Of a stretch of DNA of 64,000 bases, positions 1-13,200 are shown one piece after another (position 1 is the first letter of the stretch; each line of letters starts with the position of its first letter). The position numbers and the translations under genes are program-made. Under the pieces are notes generated by a model. That model was not told the DNA's origin and ran no database searches. It saw nothing but the letters and a program-made list of their open reading frames with translations. This stretch comes from Epiperipatus broadwayi (Eukaryota; Animalia; Onychophora). The DNA lies in NCBI GenBank assembly GCA_028023455.1, contig JAQFVV010000004.1:26412001-26476000 (forward strand), given 5' to 3'.

Positions 1-504
1 CCATCAAGTGGTTTTTGTCAAAATTGTCAGGATAGTTTCAAAAAATTCTGATTGGATTTGAAGCCTATTAGGTTTTATGAATAACAGATGTATGATTTAA
101 GCACTGTACTACAAGGTCTTCATAAAATTTTAAATATTTTATATAGACATTGTAAATATTCTGAATTGACATTAAAAAATCATATACATAAAGATCTTAT
201 ATGTTCAGATAGTTATTTTTTTACATGCAAATTTTATTGAAATAGTTCGATAAACATCTTGACATATAATGCTGCCATAATATTTAATAAATACTATTTC
301 CATCTTTTTTAAAAATGAATATAAAGGGTTTAAATATGAATTACTTATTATCAATAAAGATTAATATCAGAAAATCAGTATTAAAGTTGACTTTTTAGAA
401 TTGTCTTAAATTACTGATAATCATATTCAGCAGTGATATTTTTACAAAAAGCTGATGTTATATTTGAATAATGGGCGAATACTTTTTTGTGTTGCATTAG
501 TAGT

Positions 505-716
505 ATTAATAATATGCTGATGCATTGTGGTGAAACTTTTTTATGTAATAATTTGTAGGCTTTTTTTATATATTCTAATTTGAAGACTTAGCACTTTCAG
601 AGCCCTTGTTGCTCCATATTCTGAAAGTGCTAAGTCTGCAAATTAGAATATATAAAAAAAGCCTACAAATTATTACATAAAAAAATTTTGCCACAATGCA
701 TCAGCGCATTATTAAT
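505..716. repeat. Foldback (long inverted repeat) element, ~97-bp arms, 18-nt loop
   Basis: 505-601 (attaataatatgctgatgcattgtgg...gcactttcaga) is the near-perfect reverse complement of 620-716 (tctgaaagtgc...ccacaatgcatcagcgcattattaat). The loop is gcccttgttgctccatat. Confidence 0.9.
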
Positions 717-2033
717 TATGAAGTGAAGGTGTAATAAAAATTGTTATCATTAATATTAATAAATATTTTACATACACACAATGCATATATATAATAAAAA
801 TTAATAATGAATATCATGGACATTTTATTTTATTTATACACACACACACATATATATATATATATGTCTCAATAGACTTCCATATTCTTGACCAGATAAA
901 ACATGGACATTTTTCCATTTAATTGAAGATTTTCAAATAAGCTTATGTTTTATTTTTGAAGTAATTGGATTACAGCCAACTGAGATATCTTGTTATTCGT
1001 CAGAGAAAAATATCAAATGTTATTAGATAGAAGATAAAACAGAAAAAAAATATTGCAAGAAGCTTTATCAACTGGCAGTTGATCTGACTGGTGAATATTG
1101 TTCTTTCTTATATCATCTTCTTTTCCCTATTCTTTTTTTAGAATTAAAATGTTAATGTTCATATAAAAGTGTTTGCTAATGAAAAAATACATCTTAAATT
1201 CAGTAATTTAAAAGTGTTTCTGTTTGTATTGTTATAATAATAATAAAAAATATCTATTTATTTTATCATTTTGAATACTAATATTAGAAGTAGTTAAATT
1301 ACTATTTTATACAATGATACCATGAACTATGCTGTTTCAATATACATGATTACAATTATATTCTATTCCAAAACAAAAATTAAGCAAGCAAACAAAAATG
1401 TAAATAAACAAATTTAAAAAAGCATAATAATTCATAAATTTAATTTTACATTATTTAAGCAGTCATTTCTCTATACACAATAAAATTTGTAAATAAATTT
1501 TACAATACACCAACAGTTATTTTTCCATCTTGAAATATTACACATGATCATGGTTATGGTTAAAAAATTTTTGGCTTTTATGGAAAGCATATATTGTTTA
1601 TTCTTTTTTTTTACTCTTTTGGAATTTGATGTGCAGTATTTTGCTAAAAAAATTTCTAAGCATAATACCAAAAGTTTATACAAATTTAGAACATACTTAA
1701 AGTTGATAATGGCTTAAAAACATCAAAACAAATTAATGTAATCATATTTTCTTAATAATGAGGGTACAATTATGTTTTTATAAAGATAAAAGTTATTGAA
1801 AAAAAAATCCAGTCTATATTTAATTATAATAAAATCAGACATTGCCTATGTAATTTATTTAAAAAATACAATACAGTATTTTTTATCTTTATTTTTTCAA
1901 TGAATAAAAGAGTGGATACATAAATAACAATATATATATAGCTCCTCAAATGATTATTAATAAATATATTAGTATTACTTTTTTTAAATTTTGTTTACAC
2001 TATAATTTTAATTTGTTATATATATATATATAT

Positions 2034-3678
2034 TGTGATGTACACATGTGCCATCTATAGTTTCCTTGTAATGTATCAATACCTAAATAAAGAAAAAAAA
2101 TAAAGGTCATATATTTAATAAAAAAATATTGTTTTAAATAAATGTGAAATAAATGAACAATTTATTTATTAAACCACTAATTTTAAAAATGAAATATTTT
2201 GTTCAAATTATTATCGTGCAAATGATAACAATGCCTTATTAGAATTAAAAGAAAGAGTCACATTATCACAAGTCAATGTTTAAACAAAAGAAAAAGAGGC
2301 ATGTTTGGTGTTGCCATAGCTACAGAAATGATTTTTTAGCAAGAAGACACATACTTTCTTTGTTTATGCTTATTTTGCCTTACTTTTATATTCAGGACAT
2401 ATAGCAAAGAAATATGCACTGTAAATAAAACAACTTAGAGGGAAAAAGAACTCTCTTCATTTGTTATTTTAATGAATAAAATTAAATGAATATCAGAAAT
2501 ATTATGCTAATTGTTATAGAGTTAAGGGAATTAAATCCACCTTGAATTATAATGTCAATAAAAATAATTGGAAATCATCTAAGGATCCAAACTTCTTATG
2601 GATTCCTATGTTTGTGGTTTTTCTAAAAAAAAAGGTACTAAAGGAAATATTGTCAAATAATGGAATATCATCTGGATTCATATACATGCAAAACTGTGGT
2701 AACATATACTGATAAAAACCTCATTTTAAATTAACACTGTCAGATAAGTTTTACTTTAAAAAAACATAATGATAATTTTAATAATAAACATTCATTAAAA
2801 TTTTATAAAATAATTTTCAATTAGTAAAAATGTTATTACTTTGTTTAAAGAATTTATCTTAACTCTTTTATAACTGTATGCTTTATAATTTAAATGTATA
2901 TCATATCTATTAATTACAATCTAAAAAAGCAGTGAAGCTAAATTATAAAATATATGATATGAGATTAGATTGCAGTTGATAAATTATAATCTTTATTTTA
3001 TCCACTGCAATGAGGTTAATTCTTATTTCAATAAACTTATATTATTATTATTAACCTAAATATTTTGATTTGCCTATTGTATCAATCTTTATAAAATTAT
3101 TTTATTACACAATTTATTTTACAATTAAGATAATTCATTGTACACCCCATTCTATACTCTATCATCAAGTGAGTCATCATTTATTGAATTGTACCTTCTT
3201 TTCTAAGATGATACACATTCTCTGGTCCATTGGCACTTTACAAATTTATGACTTCATTGTAAATATAAATTCAAACTGCCATAGAATCACTTTTATATAT
3301 ATATATTTCAGGTATATATTTTAGTTGCCTAAGTACATTTATGTAATATATTTTAGAGTGTCCAAATATTTAGTGTATAAGTGAAGAATACAATTTGGTT
3401 TATGATTTATTTATTATGTGAGGTTTCTCAAATCTATGAAGCATTTTCAGGCTAGCTAACCATGATCAGTTAAATATTTTATTGTATTCATGATTGCCCA
3501 AGTATGCATACTATTCAGTGAATAGTACTTATTTTATCTTCAAGTTTTGGCAGTCTTTATTAGTTTGCCTTTACATTTGACACATTAAACTTTCATAGAA
3601 GAAAATATTGCTGTTCATGTGACAATGTTGCTTCATTAGCATTGTTCTCATATATTTAAGAGATAAGTGTCCTTTGCA
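2034..3678 (+). repeat. 5' LTR (carries a ~680-bp extra segment at ~2257-2935 absent from the 3' LTR)
   Basis: 2034-2256 aligns to 6840-7035 and 2936-3678 aligns to 7040-7804. Confidence 0.8.
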
Positions 3679-4599
3679 TTTGGTTTCCCAATATGGCTGA
3701 GTATTTATTCATGATTCATGAGAGATTTAGAGTTAAAATGTGTAATTAATAATCACAATTAATATCAGCTATTTTGGTGTATAATAGTGTTAGGTTAAAC
3801 AGAGCAATGACAATATATAATACATTTACATTTGTAATTGTGCTTTGTTAAGGCTTTGAATTTGAGTTGTGAAATTGTTTTTTTTTTTAAAAAATAGAAG
3901 TGTAAGAATGCACGAGTTGAAAAATAGCAAAGTTGTAAAATGCTTTTAAATAAAATGTTCTATAAATATGCCAAAAATGGGCATGTGAAGACAACATATC
4001 TTATGATGATGCCTGGACATGGCATATAGTAATACAAATAACAATTTATGTTTGTGACTTCAATGCACTATATATGTGCTATATGCTAGTAAATTGCCAA
4101 AGGAATATGGGCTCATTACTAATAAATATTATTAAGTTTTTCTCATGAAGCAACTATAAAATAAACAGTGAAAAGTATTTGAAGCTAGCTTATTTTATTG
4201 AAGGTATTATACCTTAAATATTTTGGAAAATAGATGCTAAACATTAGTACTCACTATTTGAATTTGCTGGAAAGGAAGTGTACAAAGTCCTTTGAGCATA
4301 GTCATAAAACATACACTATGTTATACACAATATAAGTCAAATTTAGAAATAAATAAATTTATACAAATTAGTTTGAAATGATAATATTGTAGTTTTTGTG
4401 ATATTTTATATTAAAAGAATATATTACATGAGTTGAAATGTGTGTATAAGAATTTAATTAATGTGTTTTGTTCAACATATAAAATATAGTATTAAAAACA
4501 AGGTGTTAATTTCATTTGATCTGAGATATTGAAATGAGAAAGAGGAAAGTCATGTTCCTTCTTTTCTAAAATACAGATATAAATACAAATCTGATATAA

Positions 4600-6300
4600 A
4601 TTATGGAAAATGAGAAGAGCTAAATGTGTTAGAACAGAGAAGAGAAGCTACTAAAGTCTCTGTGACATCAACATTGATCAAAATGAATCTATAATGGCAA
4701 CATGCAGAGATTAATGTTAGAAATGAAACAAACCAAGTAAAGTATGAACAAAGTCAAGAATGATTATCAAGAGATTTAATGGCTTAGCTCAATAAAAGTC
4801 AGGAAGCCCTTAAACTAGACTTGAAACAAAACCATAAAAATTGTGACAAAAATTAAATATTTAATCAAGAATTGAAACAAGAAATGAAACAAAACCAAAA
4901 AAATATGACAAGAATCAAGAAGTACTTAAACAAGAATTAAAATAAGGCCAGGAATTGTTAATCATGATGATAGAAGAGGATAAAAATGAGTTAGAAAAAC
5001 AGTTGAAAGAAGAGATCAAGTAAATGTATTTAGTTAGTTTATGACATAAAAATGGGATAAGAGCAAATATATAGTTTGAAAGTTGAATTTAATGAATTAG
5101 AGTAATATGAAAGAAACTCAAGATTAAATACAAATAAAAATCACTAAGTTAGAAGATAGTATAGAAGAGAGACAAAGTTGAACCTGTAACATGGAAACTA
5201 AAATTGAAAAGTACCAGTACAATGCCAAGATAAGAATAAAGTTTTAGAAGCCAAATTAAATGAATGTCAACAGACTAATAATAGATAGAAAAGTTACAGG
5301 ATAAACAGGAACAGGTAATCAAGGTTTTAGAAACTCAGATGGAGCAAAGTCATCAAGAGTATGGCTTAAATTTAAATAAGGTATAATCTGAGATAAATGA
5401 TTTAACAATCCACTCACCACCTTTGATTACTTTGGTTGAGTTTAATAAAATAATTGAGGATATAACTTTTGTAGAAGAAAAACTGGAAGATTTAAGGGAA
5501 AATATAAAAAAGAATGGAAGTGATTAAAAGAGTTTTGGAAAAGATTGTCAATTGAGGATAAAACATTTTATTGTAGAGATAAATCTCAATTTCAAAATAG
5601 AATAAATAAACCTGCAGGTATCAACAAAACCATATGAGGAAAACATGGGGGATCCAAATAACTTTATAGTATTTCCATTTAAATGTGACCTACCAATTGC
5701 CAATATAATTGCTCCAGTGACTGAAGGAAAATATATTAAATGATGAATGTGGGGTTACTAATGTCAATGTCCAAGAACAATGTTAAAATGAACAGTTCAT
5801 TGAAAGTTTTAATACTATATCTAAATTTTTAAGCTCTAAACCTTTAAGGGTGATATCACAAAAAACTCTATAGAACATTTGATGTCATTGCAAAAATTGT
5901 TTTTATTTTATGGTTGAAGTGAGAGGGAGAATGTTTCTATTGCAATCAATCACTTATATGGATTTACCAAGAATTGGTGGAAATCATTGGTTATAAGACC
6001 AGTTACTTTTGGGAATTACTATCAATCTTTAATAAATAGGTTTTGATGCAAAGAAAGGCAGAATAGCATTCACTGTCAAATTTCTTGCGAATGATTTAGG
6101 ATTAATTCTGAAAAAATTGTAATCCAATTTTTCCATCAACAAATAAGAACCCTTAATCATTACGCACTATCTGAAGGTCAAATTATAAAGATCTTCAGGC
6201 ACAACTTACTTCAATGGGTCTAATACATTTCTTTCACTGCTGATAAAATCATTATGAAAGATGTAGATGAACTACTAAACAATATTACAGCAAGAATCTT
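4600..6300 (+). pseudogene. gag remnant: long coiled-coil N-terminus plus Ty3/Gypsy capsid-like domain, many stops and frameshifts
   Basis: Translation from ~5860 gives TFKGDITKNSIEHLMSLQKLFLFYG*SERENVSIAINHLYGFTKNWWKSL...FGNYYQSLINRF*, the FxG / LxGxAxxWW / F-W pattern of Gypsy capsids. Upstream K/E/Q-rich heptad-like stretches (e.g. NQELKQEMKQNQK). Confidence 0.6.
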
Positions 6301-6839
6301 AAAAAAGGAACATAGAAGATGAACATCTTAAAACACATAACTCTGGGTTTCATTTCAAGTATATATGTGGAATCCCAAAGATATAATCAATGATTGTGAA
6401 GATTTAGGAGTTGGAACAATGATTGTCCTTATCATAACTAGGAAACTTTTACAATGGATATCACCCAAAGCACATGAGATTTTGCTAATACAGCAAATGG
6501 AAGCATGTTCTAGTATTGTCAACAAGCTTGGAAAATTAACTGAGGATTTGATGGGATGTTCCTTATCACAGAGTCCACAAATATCCAGTTAGGATGAAAT
6601 GTAAAGGTGGTAATGAAAATAATCATTATGGGAAATTTGTTTAATTAATTTTAGTGTATTTAGATATTTTTTAAAACAAAAAAATATAAGACTCATAATT
6701 ATATATAAACATTAACTTCAATGTTGTGGTGGTTAATGTTAATTAACCATGAGTTATTCATAGAATGTTCAGTTATTCATGATGATCTTATGTTAATTGT
6801 TTTAAATTGTTTTCTTTATTTTTATTAAAGATAGGAATA

Positions 6840-7804
6840 TGTGATGTACATATATTGTTATCTATAGTTTCCTTGTAGTATATCAATAGCTAAATAAAAG
6901 AACAATTAAAGTTATTGTTTTGAATGAATCTGGAAAAATAGACCATTTATTTATTAAACTTTTAAAATGAAATATTTTGTTTAAATTATTATTGTACCAA
7001 TGATAACAATGCCTTATTAGAATTAGAAGAAAGGAGAGGAACTAAATTATAAAATATATGATATGAGATTAGATTGCAATTGGTAAATTAGGATTACAAT
7101 CTTTATTTTGTCTACCTCAATGAGTTAATGCTTATTTTAATAAATTTATATAATTATTATTAACCTAAGTACTTTGATTTTCCTATTGCATCAATCATTA
7201 TAAAATTATTTTATTACACAATTTATTTTACAATTAAGATAATTCATTGTACATCCCATATTTTACATCATCATAAAATAAGTCATCATTTATTAAACTG
7301 TATCTTCTTTGCCAAGCAAGATACTCATTCTCTGGACCATTGACCCCTTGCAAATTTATGAGTCCATTGTAAATATAATTTTTGACTACCATAGAGCTAT
7401 TTGTAAATCAATATATTTCTTTATTTATTTCAGTTGTATATTTTAGTTGCCTAAGTACAACATGTATGTGATATATTTTAGAGTGGCCAAATATTTAGTG
7501 TGTAAGTGGAGAAAACAATTTGGTTCATGATTTATTTATTATATATGGTTGCCCAAATCTATGAGGCACTAACAGGCCAGATAGCTATGCTCAGTTATAA
7601 TATTTTATTGTATTCATGATTATCCAAATATGCAAGCTATTCAGTGAACATCACATATTTTATCTTTACATTTTGGCAGTCTTTATTTGCTTTCCTTCAC
7701 ATTTGGCTCATCCAACTTCCATAGAGGAAAATATTGCTATTTATGAGACAATATTGCTCTATTTGCATTGTTCTCATATATTTTAGAGATATGTTTCCTT
7801 CACA
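6840..7804 (+). repeat. 3' LTR
   Basis: Starts TGTGATGTACA, ends TTTCCTTCACA, colinear with the 5' LTR. Confidence 0.8.
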
Positions 7805-8790
7805 ATATAAATATATATTTGTGTGGGTGCATGTGTGCATTTGCAGTTTATTACACAATACATGTTTTATTATAATCAAAATTTATCAACAAAATATAAG
7901 CTATTGTCTGTGATGCCAATATATGTGAGAGGTACTAATATTACTGTTTATTATTATTATAATTATTGTTGTCATGATGATCTAATTAGCATTTAAATTA
8001 TGAAAATTATTATTTGATCATTACTTTTTAGTTACCAAATAGATTTGCTATTGTTAGAAGAAAAAAATCTTTTTACATTCTTACAATGATTCTAAAAAAA
8101 ATATTAAAACAAATTCATAATACTCTTTCTCCTGTTCTATACATTCTTTTTAGTGCACTGCTATAATCATTTGAATGCTCAAATAGTATACAAACATGAA
8201 TTGATTGTTCATCAACATAGATATAATAGAATATAAAATTTATTGGGTTTTATTTTTTAAAAAATACACAAAATACTTTAATTTTTTTTTTATACAGCAA
8301 GATTTGATGAAATAACATAATGAATAGCAAAGTAAAATGTTATGTTTTTGGAAGATACATGATTTAAAACTTTGTACAAGCTCCCAAAATGAGAATGGAA
8401 GACTAGTAAAGTATAGAAAAACTTAATGAATAAAAAAAAATGAAAAATTTAAATCAATCCATCCAGATCAAATAGTTGACTGTGACAATTTGTGGTAGAA
8501 ATTAACAGGAAACACAAAAATCTATATTAAAAAGTGTTAAATTTAGACAATTATGCAATGATACAAAAATAATAATAAATAGAGGGAAAAAAAAAATTAA
8601 AAAAAAAAACTTGTAAAAGATATTTAATATATGAACTGCTTAAAAGAGAATCAAGAAACTAAATGACTTAAATTTTTTTCATTTTAATATTAAAATGAGA
8701 AAGAAAGTCCATAAACAAGCACAACAACAGTGATACTGATCTATATTGTAGTTTTTACTTCTAATTTTAGTATCAAAAACATAATACAAG

Positions 8791-8870
8791 GTGTTGGTGC
8801 CTTGCCTTCCAAGCAGCTGGCCCGGGTTCACTTCCTGGTCAATGTTTTAACACATATAAAAAAAAAAAAA
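8791..8870 (+). mobile_element. tRNA-Gly(TCC)-derived short SINE copy with D-arm deletion
   Basis: gtgttggtg...tgccttccaagcagctggcccgggttcacttcctggtcaatg matches the tRNA-Gly(TCC) 5' end, anticodon arm and T-arm. It is followed by the tail ttttaacacatat and poly(A), as in the copies at 49957 and 55156. Confidence 0.7.
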
Positions 8871-10399
8871 TCGTTTTTCTTTGATGTGAGAAACCTGATT
8901 GAGACATTATTTGAATTTTTTATTTGTATCATGACTTTGTATATAAATTTGTGTAGAAATAATTATGACTTTCAAAGTACAGAACCAAAATTGTGGTTTT
9001 CATTTTCCTAGTTTGTAGTAAATGAAAAACCAAAAAAGTAATTGCAACCAAAGCCATTGTTAGGGGTCTTTGATTTGTAGACTTCTGCATTATTTGATAG
9101 CTGAATAAATTGAAAATACCCTCAAATATTATTAAGTGGGATATTGTTGGTCTTTATAAAATTATCAAGAAAGAAAATTATCACATTAAAAAATTGCTAT
9201 AAAATGTAAAAAAAAAATCTATTAAAGAAAGAAAAATCTCAAATATTTAAGGCATCATTGGCATGTTTACTACAAACAAAGGGTATTATCATGAAATATT
9301 TATGTAGTTTACAGGAATTTATTTATTTATTAATAATAAATTTAGGTAAAATACTATATAATGAAAATGTAACACAAATAAATCTGCAAAAAAATAAATA
9401 AATAAAAGGAAACCACCAAAAAACTTAATAAAATAATAAACAAGATAAGTAAAAGATTGCAATAATGATATTCATATTCAAGAAAGATGAAAAAATATAA
9501 ATTAAATATATATCAGATTTCTATAAAATCCATATGTTTATAAACATCCTTATAAACTATCTGTAGAATTTAATTTCAATCTAACCAAAAGAACAAGTTC
9601 TATTTGAAAATGAATGTAGTTCATTAAACAGAATCCAATATTAAGAAAAGTTATAGCAAGAACAAATAAATATGAGTGATTAAAATTTTATAGCAACATA
9701 ACATACTTCTAAAATATTGTGAAATTCTGCAAAATATTAATCAAACTGAAATTACAATGATCAGAATAAACAGTAATATCAACAAAATAAACACTGTGAA
9801 AAATAAGAATAAACTTTATATTTCTGTTGTAAATAAGATTTTATCATTTTCATAGCTTCTCTAACATTCATCTGAATTTGATAAAGATGAGAAAATTAAG
9901 ACCATGTTTTAAAATTTTCCATTCTACAACTTAATGGAAACTGCAAATTTGTGCATATTTTATTTAAAACATTAAAGATATTCCAAAGGATGTCTTTCAT
10001 AATCCATTAGCAATCATTACATAGCAGGATATGAACTTCCATTTAAATACTTTAAAAATTATTTTTACAGTGAATAATACATTCTTTAAATAAGACATGA
10101 ATCGAAACTCCTATAGTATAAGATAGTATAATACCCTTTCTATAGAATGTGTATAAAAAGATGTTATAAATGTATTAATAATTTTTATTAGTCATTCATT
10201 AGACTATAAATTAGCCAATAATGAATAATTATTTGTTATAAATGTATGTTAGACATTACCTAAGTAATCACAAAAAATGATAAATAGCAGTAGAGTCCCA
10301 ACAATTGATTTTACAAGTTATAAAATTGTATTATACTATACTTGTTTTGTTTGTTTTTTCAAAATTTAAAAATAATCCATCCCAAATTTTGTTTGTCTT

Positions 10400-11600
10400 T
10401 ACCACATTATTTCCACTTGTGGTCATTCCTAAATATGTCTGGCCATTTTAATTCCAAAAGAAAGATAGAAATATAAAAAATACAAAAATCAAATATGTGT
10501 TTTATTCTAACTATGCAAACTAATTCACAAATATGTATCAGCAATACTGCTGGTGATTTGTCTGTAGTTGTTGGGTGTTGATGAAGCATTGCTTCATATT
10601 ATTTGGAGATTTTCTTATTGCTTTTTGAATTGTTTGAATGGCTTTCTCAGTGAAACCATTCAATTCTGGGTGGTAGGTTGGGGTGCACATATTTGTCTGA
10701 TTCCATTGTTTATAAAATATTCTTTCATCTCTTGTGCTGCAAATCCAGTGGCATTATCAGTGACCATTACTTCTGGTAATCTGTGTCATGAGAAAATCAT
10801 TTTTAGCATTTTTATTGTGTCATTAGCATTCATATTTTTACAATGTGGTACTTTGCCCATTTTAAATATGAATCTACAAGTACTAGCAGTATTTTGTCTT
10901 TAATAGGAATTGCATGATCTGTGTGAAGTGTCTGCCATGGTTTATTAGTTTCAGGTCAGGATATATATTCCTTCAGTTTCATGTTGCTCTGTGATTGACA
11001 AGCTGAACATTTTTAAATATAATTCTCTATATCTATTGTTATTCTTGGTCATCAAACATAGTTATACGCTAATGTTTTTGCATGCACTTCTTGTGGATGA
11101 CCTTTGCATAGCAACTTTAATGCACATATGTCTTTATATAACTATGAAAGCTAATCCAAAAATATGTCCTTATATATTATTAACATAAATAGATCCAGTG
11201 CTTATTGCTAGCTGGAAATTTAAATCTAAAATATCAAACATTCCCCCTGCCCAAATGTTTTGTTTTTGTTCAGCAATCCTACTTTGTGAATGAAGATAAA
11301 GCCTGAATTCCAAACAGCATGACCAAGAGGTACCTTTAACAACATTGCAGCATATTATCAAAAAGTTCCCTCTTAGTCATGTTGTTTGAAATCCAGGGTT
11401 TATCTTTATTCACAAAGTAGGGTTGCTGAAAATAATATTTGGAGGGAGGAGTGATTGTTATTTTATATATTATTATATTCTAATTTTTTGTCTGTTTATT
11501 TGATATCTTGCTCTTGGTAGCAAACTTTAGATGGTTTTCATAGTCATTTTTATAAGTTAAGCAGGTTCTGCTTATTTCACAGACATCATGCTCCAGTTAT
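10400..11600 (-). pseudogene. Gypsy pol remnant (integrase, possibly RNase H end)
   Basis: Minus-strand motifs PWQTLHTDHA (10911-10940), LPEVMVTDNATGF (10741-10779), YHPELNGF (10653-10676) and PTTTDKSPAVLL, in the order expected for a Gypsy DDE integrase. Confidence 0.75.
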
Positions 11601-11953
11601 GATAAAATGGTTATTTAAAAACTCTGTTACCATTTATTCATTTAATACACCCAAGTCAACAAAGATAAATTCAGACATTAATAGGTTTTGAACTGAAGGA
11701 TGCATCAATTGTTATTATGATCTTGCCATTTAATTTTTAAAATCTTACAAAACATTTGTAAATAAAAAAAATTTAATTCTATTTATATTATGATAATAGG
11801 ATCAATGCTTTATTCATTTTTACAATAAATTGGGCAAAATAACTATGTTATATGCTACAAATTCAGATGCAGGAATTATGTCAATATGGTGAAATATTCT
11901 ATTTTAAGTTAGAAATATACAATTGTGTGTACATATAAAACTACATAAAACTT

Positions 11954-12130
11954 TGCACGTGAAAATACGAAGGTAGGGATCTCTACAGGTCTTCCAAAGC
12001 ATAAGCTTGTGGTTAAGACCTGTAGAGGTCTCTACCTTCACATTTTCATGTGCATATTCTTATGGTTTACAGCCTTAGTAAATATTACTTACGTAATCAA
12101 TGTGTGTTTAAATAAATTTGTAATAAAACT
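11954..12130. mobile_element. Palindromic MITE-like element, family shared with 20552-20624 and 30951-31143
   Basis: Arms 11954-11993 and 12015-12054 around a cataagcttgtgg loop. The right flank (acagccttagtaaatattacttacgtaatcaatgtgtgtttaaataaatt) is the reverse complement of the left arm of the 30951 copy. Confidence 0.75.
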
Positions 12131-12255
12131 TTGATACTTATTAATTTTAACAACATATTTGTCATAAGGTCAAGTTGAAAAATCAAATTATTTTTAATTT
12201 TCATGCAATATAAAACAAATATATTTAAAAATATTAAACAGTTGTGTTCTATCAA

Positions 12256-12476
12256 GTTTTATATTGTTTTTCATATTTTTGATAACCACAAAAGGTTATA
12301 GAGCACTCGTTATTAAAGATGAAGTTGATGTAAATAATAAATATTGTGTAAAGTTTTTATTGTAACATACCAGGTTTTATATTGCTTTTCATATTTCTAA
12401 TAACCATAAAAAATTATAAAGCACTCACTATGAAGGGTAAAGTTGATGTAAGTAATAAATCTTGTATAAAGTTTTG
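12256..12476. repeat. Tandem duplication, ~118-bp unit x2 (diverged)
   Basis: gttttatattg(t/c)ttttcatattt...aagttgatgtaa(a/g)taataaat recurs at 12256 and 12374. Confidence 0.7.
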
Positions 12477-12529
12477 AATGTAGTAGTTTATTTATTTATT
12501 AGTATATGGATTTAAACAGCTTTACTATT

Positions 12530-13200
12530 AACAAAAAGTGATAAAGAAACCTACAGCACTTTCCCCCAAAAGATAGATTCAGTAGTTACTTTATTAAGAT
12601 CTTCAATTCTGCACAGTAGCCATCACTTAGTTTATATTGTCCACATTTACAAAGATCAAGCTGACAAATTCTATTGTTTAAGTAGATGCGCACAATAACC
12701 ATGGGTTATTCTGTAATTCTTGATGAGAATTCAGTTATGTTTAGGAAGAACAACTATAGATTACTGTATTGTAGAATCAGGAATAATAATTTATTTGGAA
12801 TAATATAAAAAATCCCATTTTTTTATACTATAATTCTTCAATTGTAGATTTTTGGTTGAAATCCAAAAGAAAAATCTTTATTTCAGTTGCGAGTTGGGTG
12901 ATTAAATTATATCTTAAGTTATAGGAAAGTTTGATCTGCTTAACAATTTTTATACACTATCTATGAGACAATTTGGTAGTAGGATATGTGAAAATACAGG
13001 AAGTCACTTCAAAAAAATAGACTTAAGTATACCAGTAATAGGACTCATGGTAATATTTCATTGAGTTTTTAGAAATTTAGTGTAAGAACTTTTTCTCTGA
13101 CTAGAGATATGATATTCACCAGCAGAATATATTAATGCAAAGGAAGTTGTCCATAAAGTATTTATATTACAACCCCAAATATTGCCTGTCACCTTTTCAA
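12530..13200 (+). pseudogene. Penelope-like element remnant (RT C-terminus plus GIY-YIG endonuclease region)
   Basis: VIKKPT (12538-12555, cf. VYRKPT), EF-x-YV/KNNY (cf. ELxxL...NGYP) and MRQFGSRICENTG (12963-13001, cf. TxRxLxxRIxEHxG), in PLE order. Heavily decayed. Confidence 0.5.

Larger units (their letters stand above)
2034..7804 (+). mobile_element. Degenerate Ty3/Gypsy-type LTR retroelement, gag-only (no pol detected)
   Basis: Direct repeats 2034-3678 and 6840-7804 both start TGTGATG and end ...CA. ATAT flanks both ends (2030-2033, 7805-7808). TGG lies just after the 5' LTR (PBS-like, 3681) and a purine-rich tract precedes the 3' LTR. Capsid-like coding remnant inside. Confidence 0.8.

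Noticed and set aside
9400-10250. Possible minus-strand L2/CR1 remnant
   Set aside because: No diagnostic RT motif could be read with confidence.
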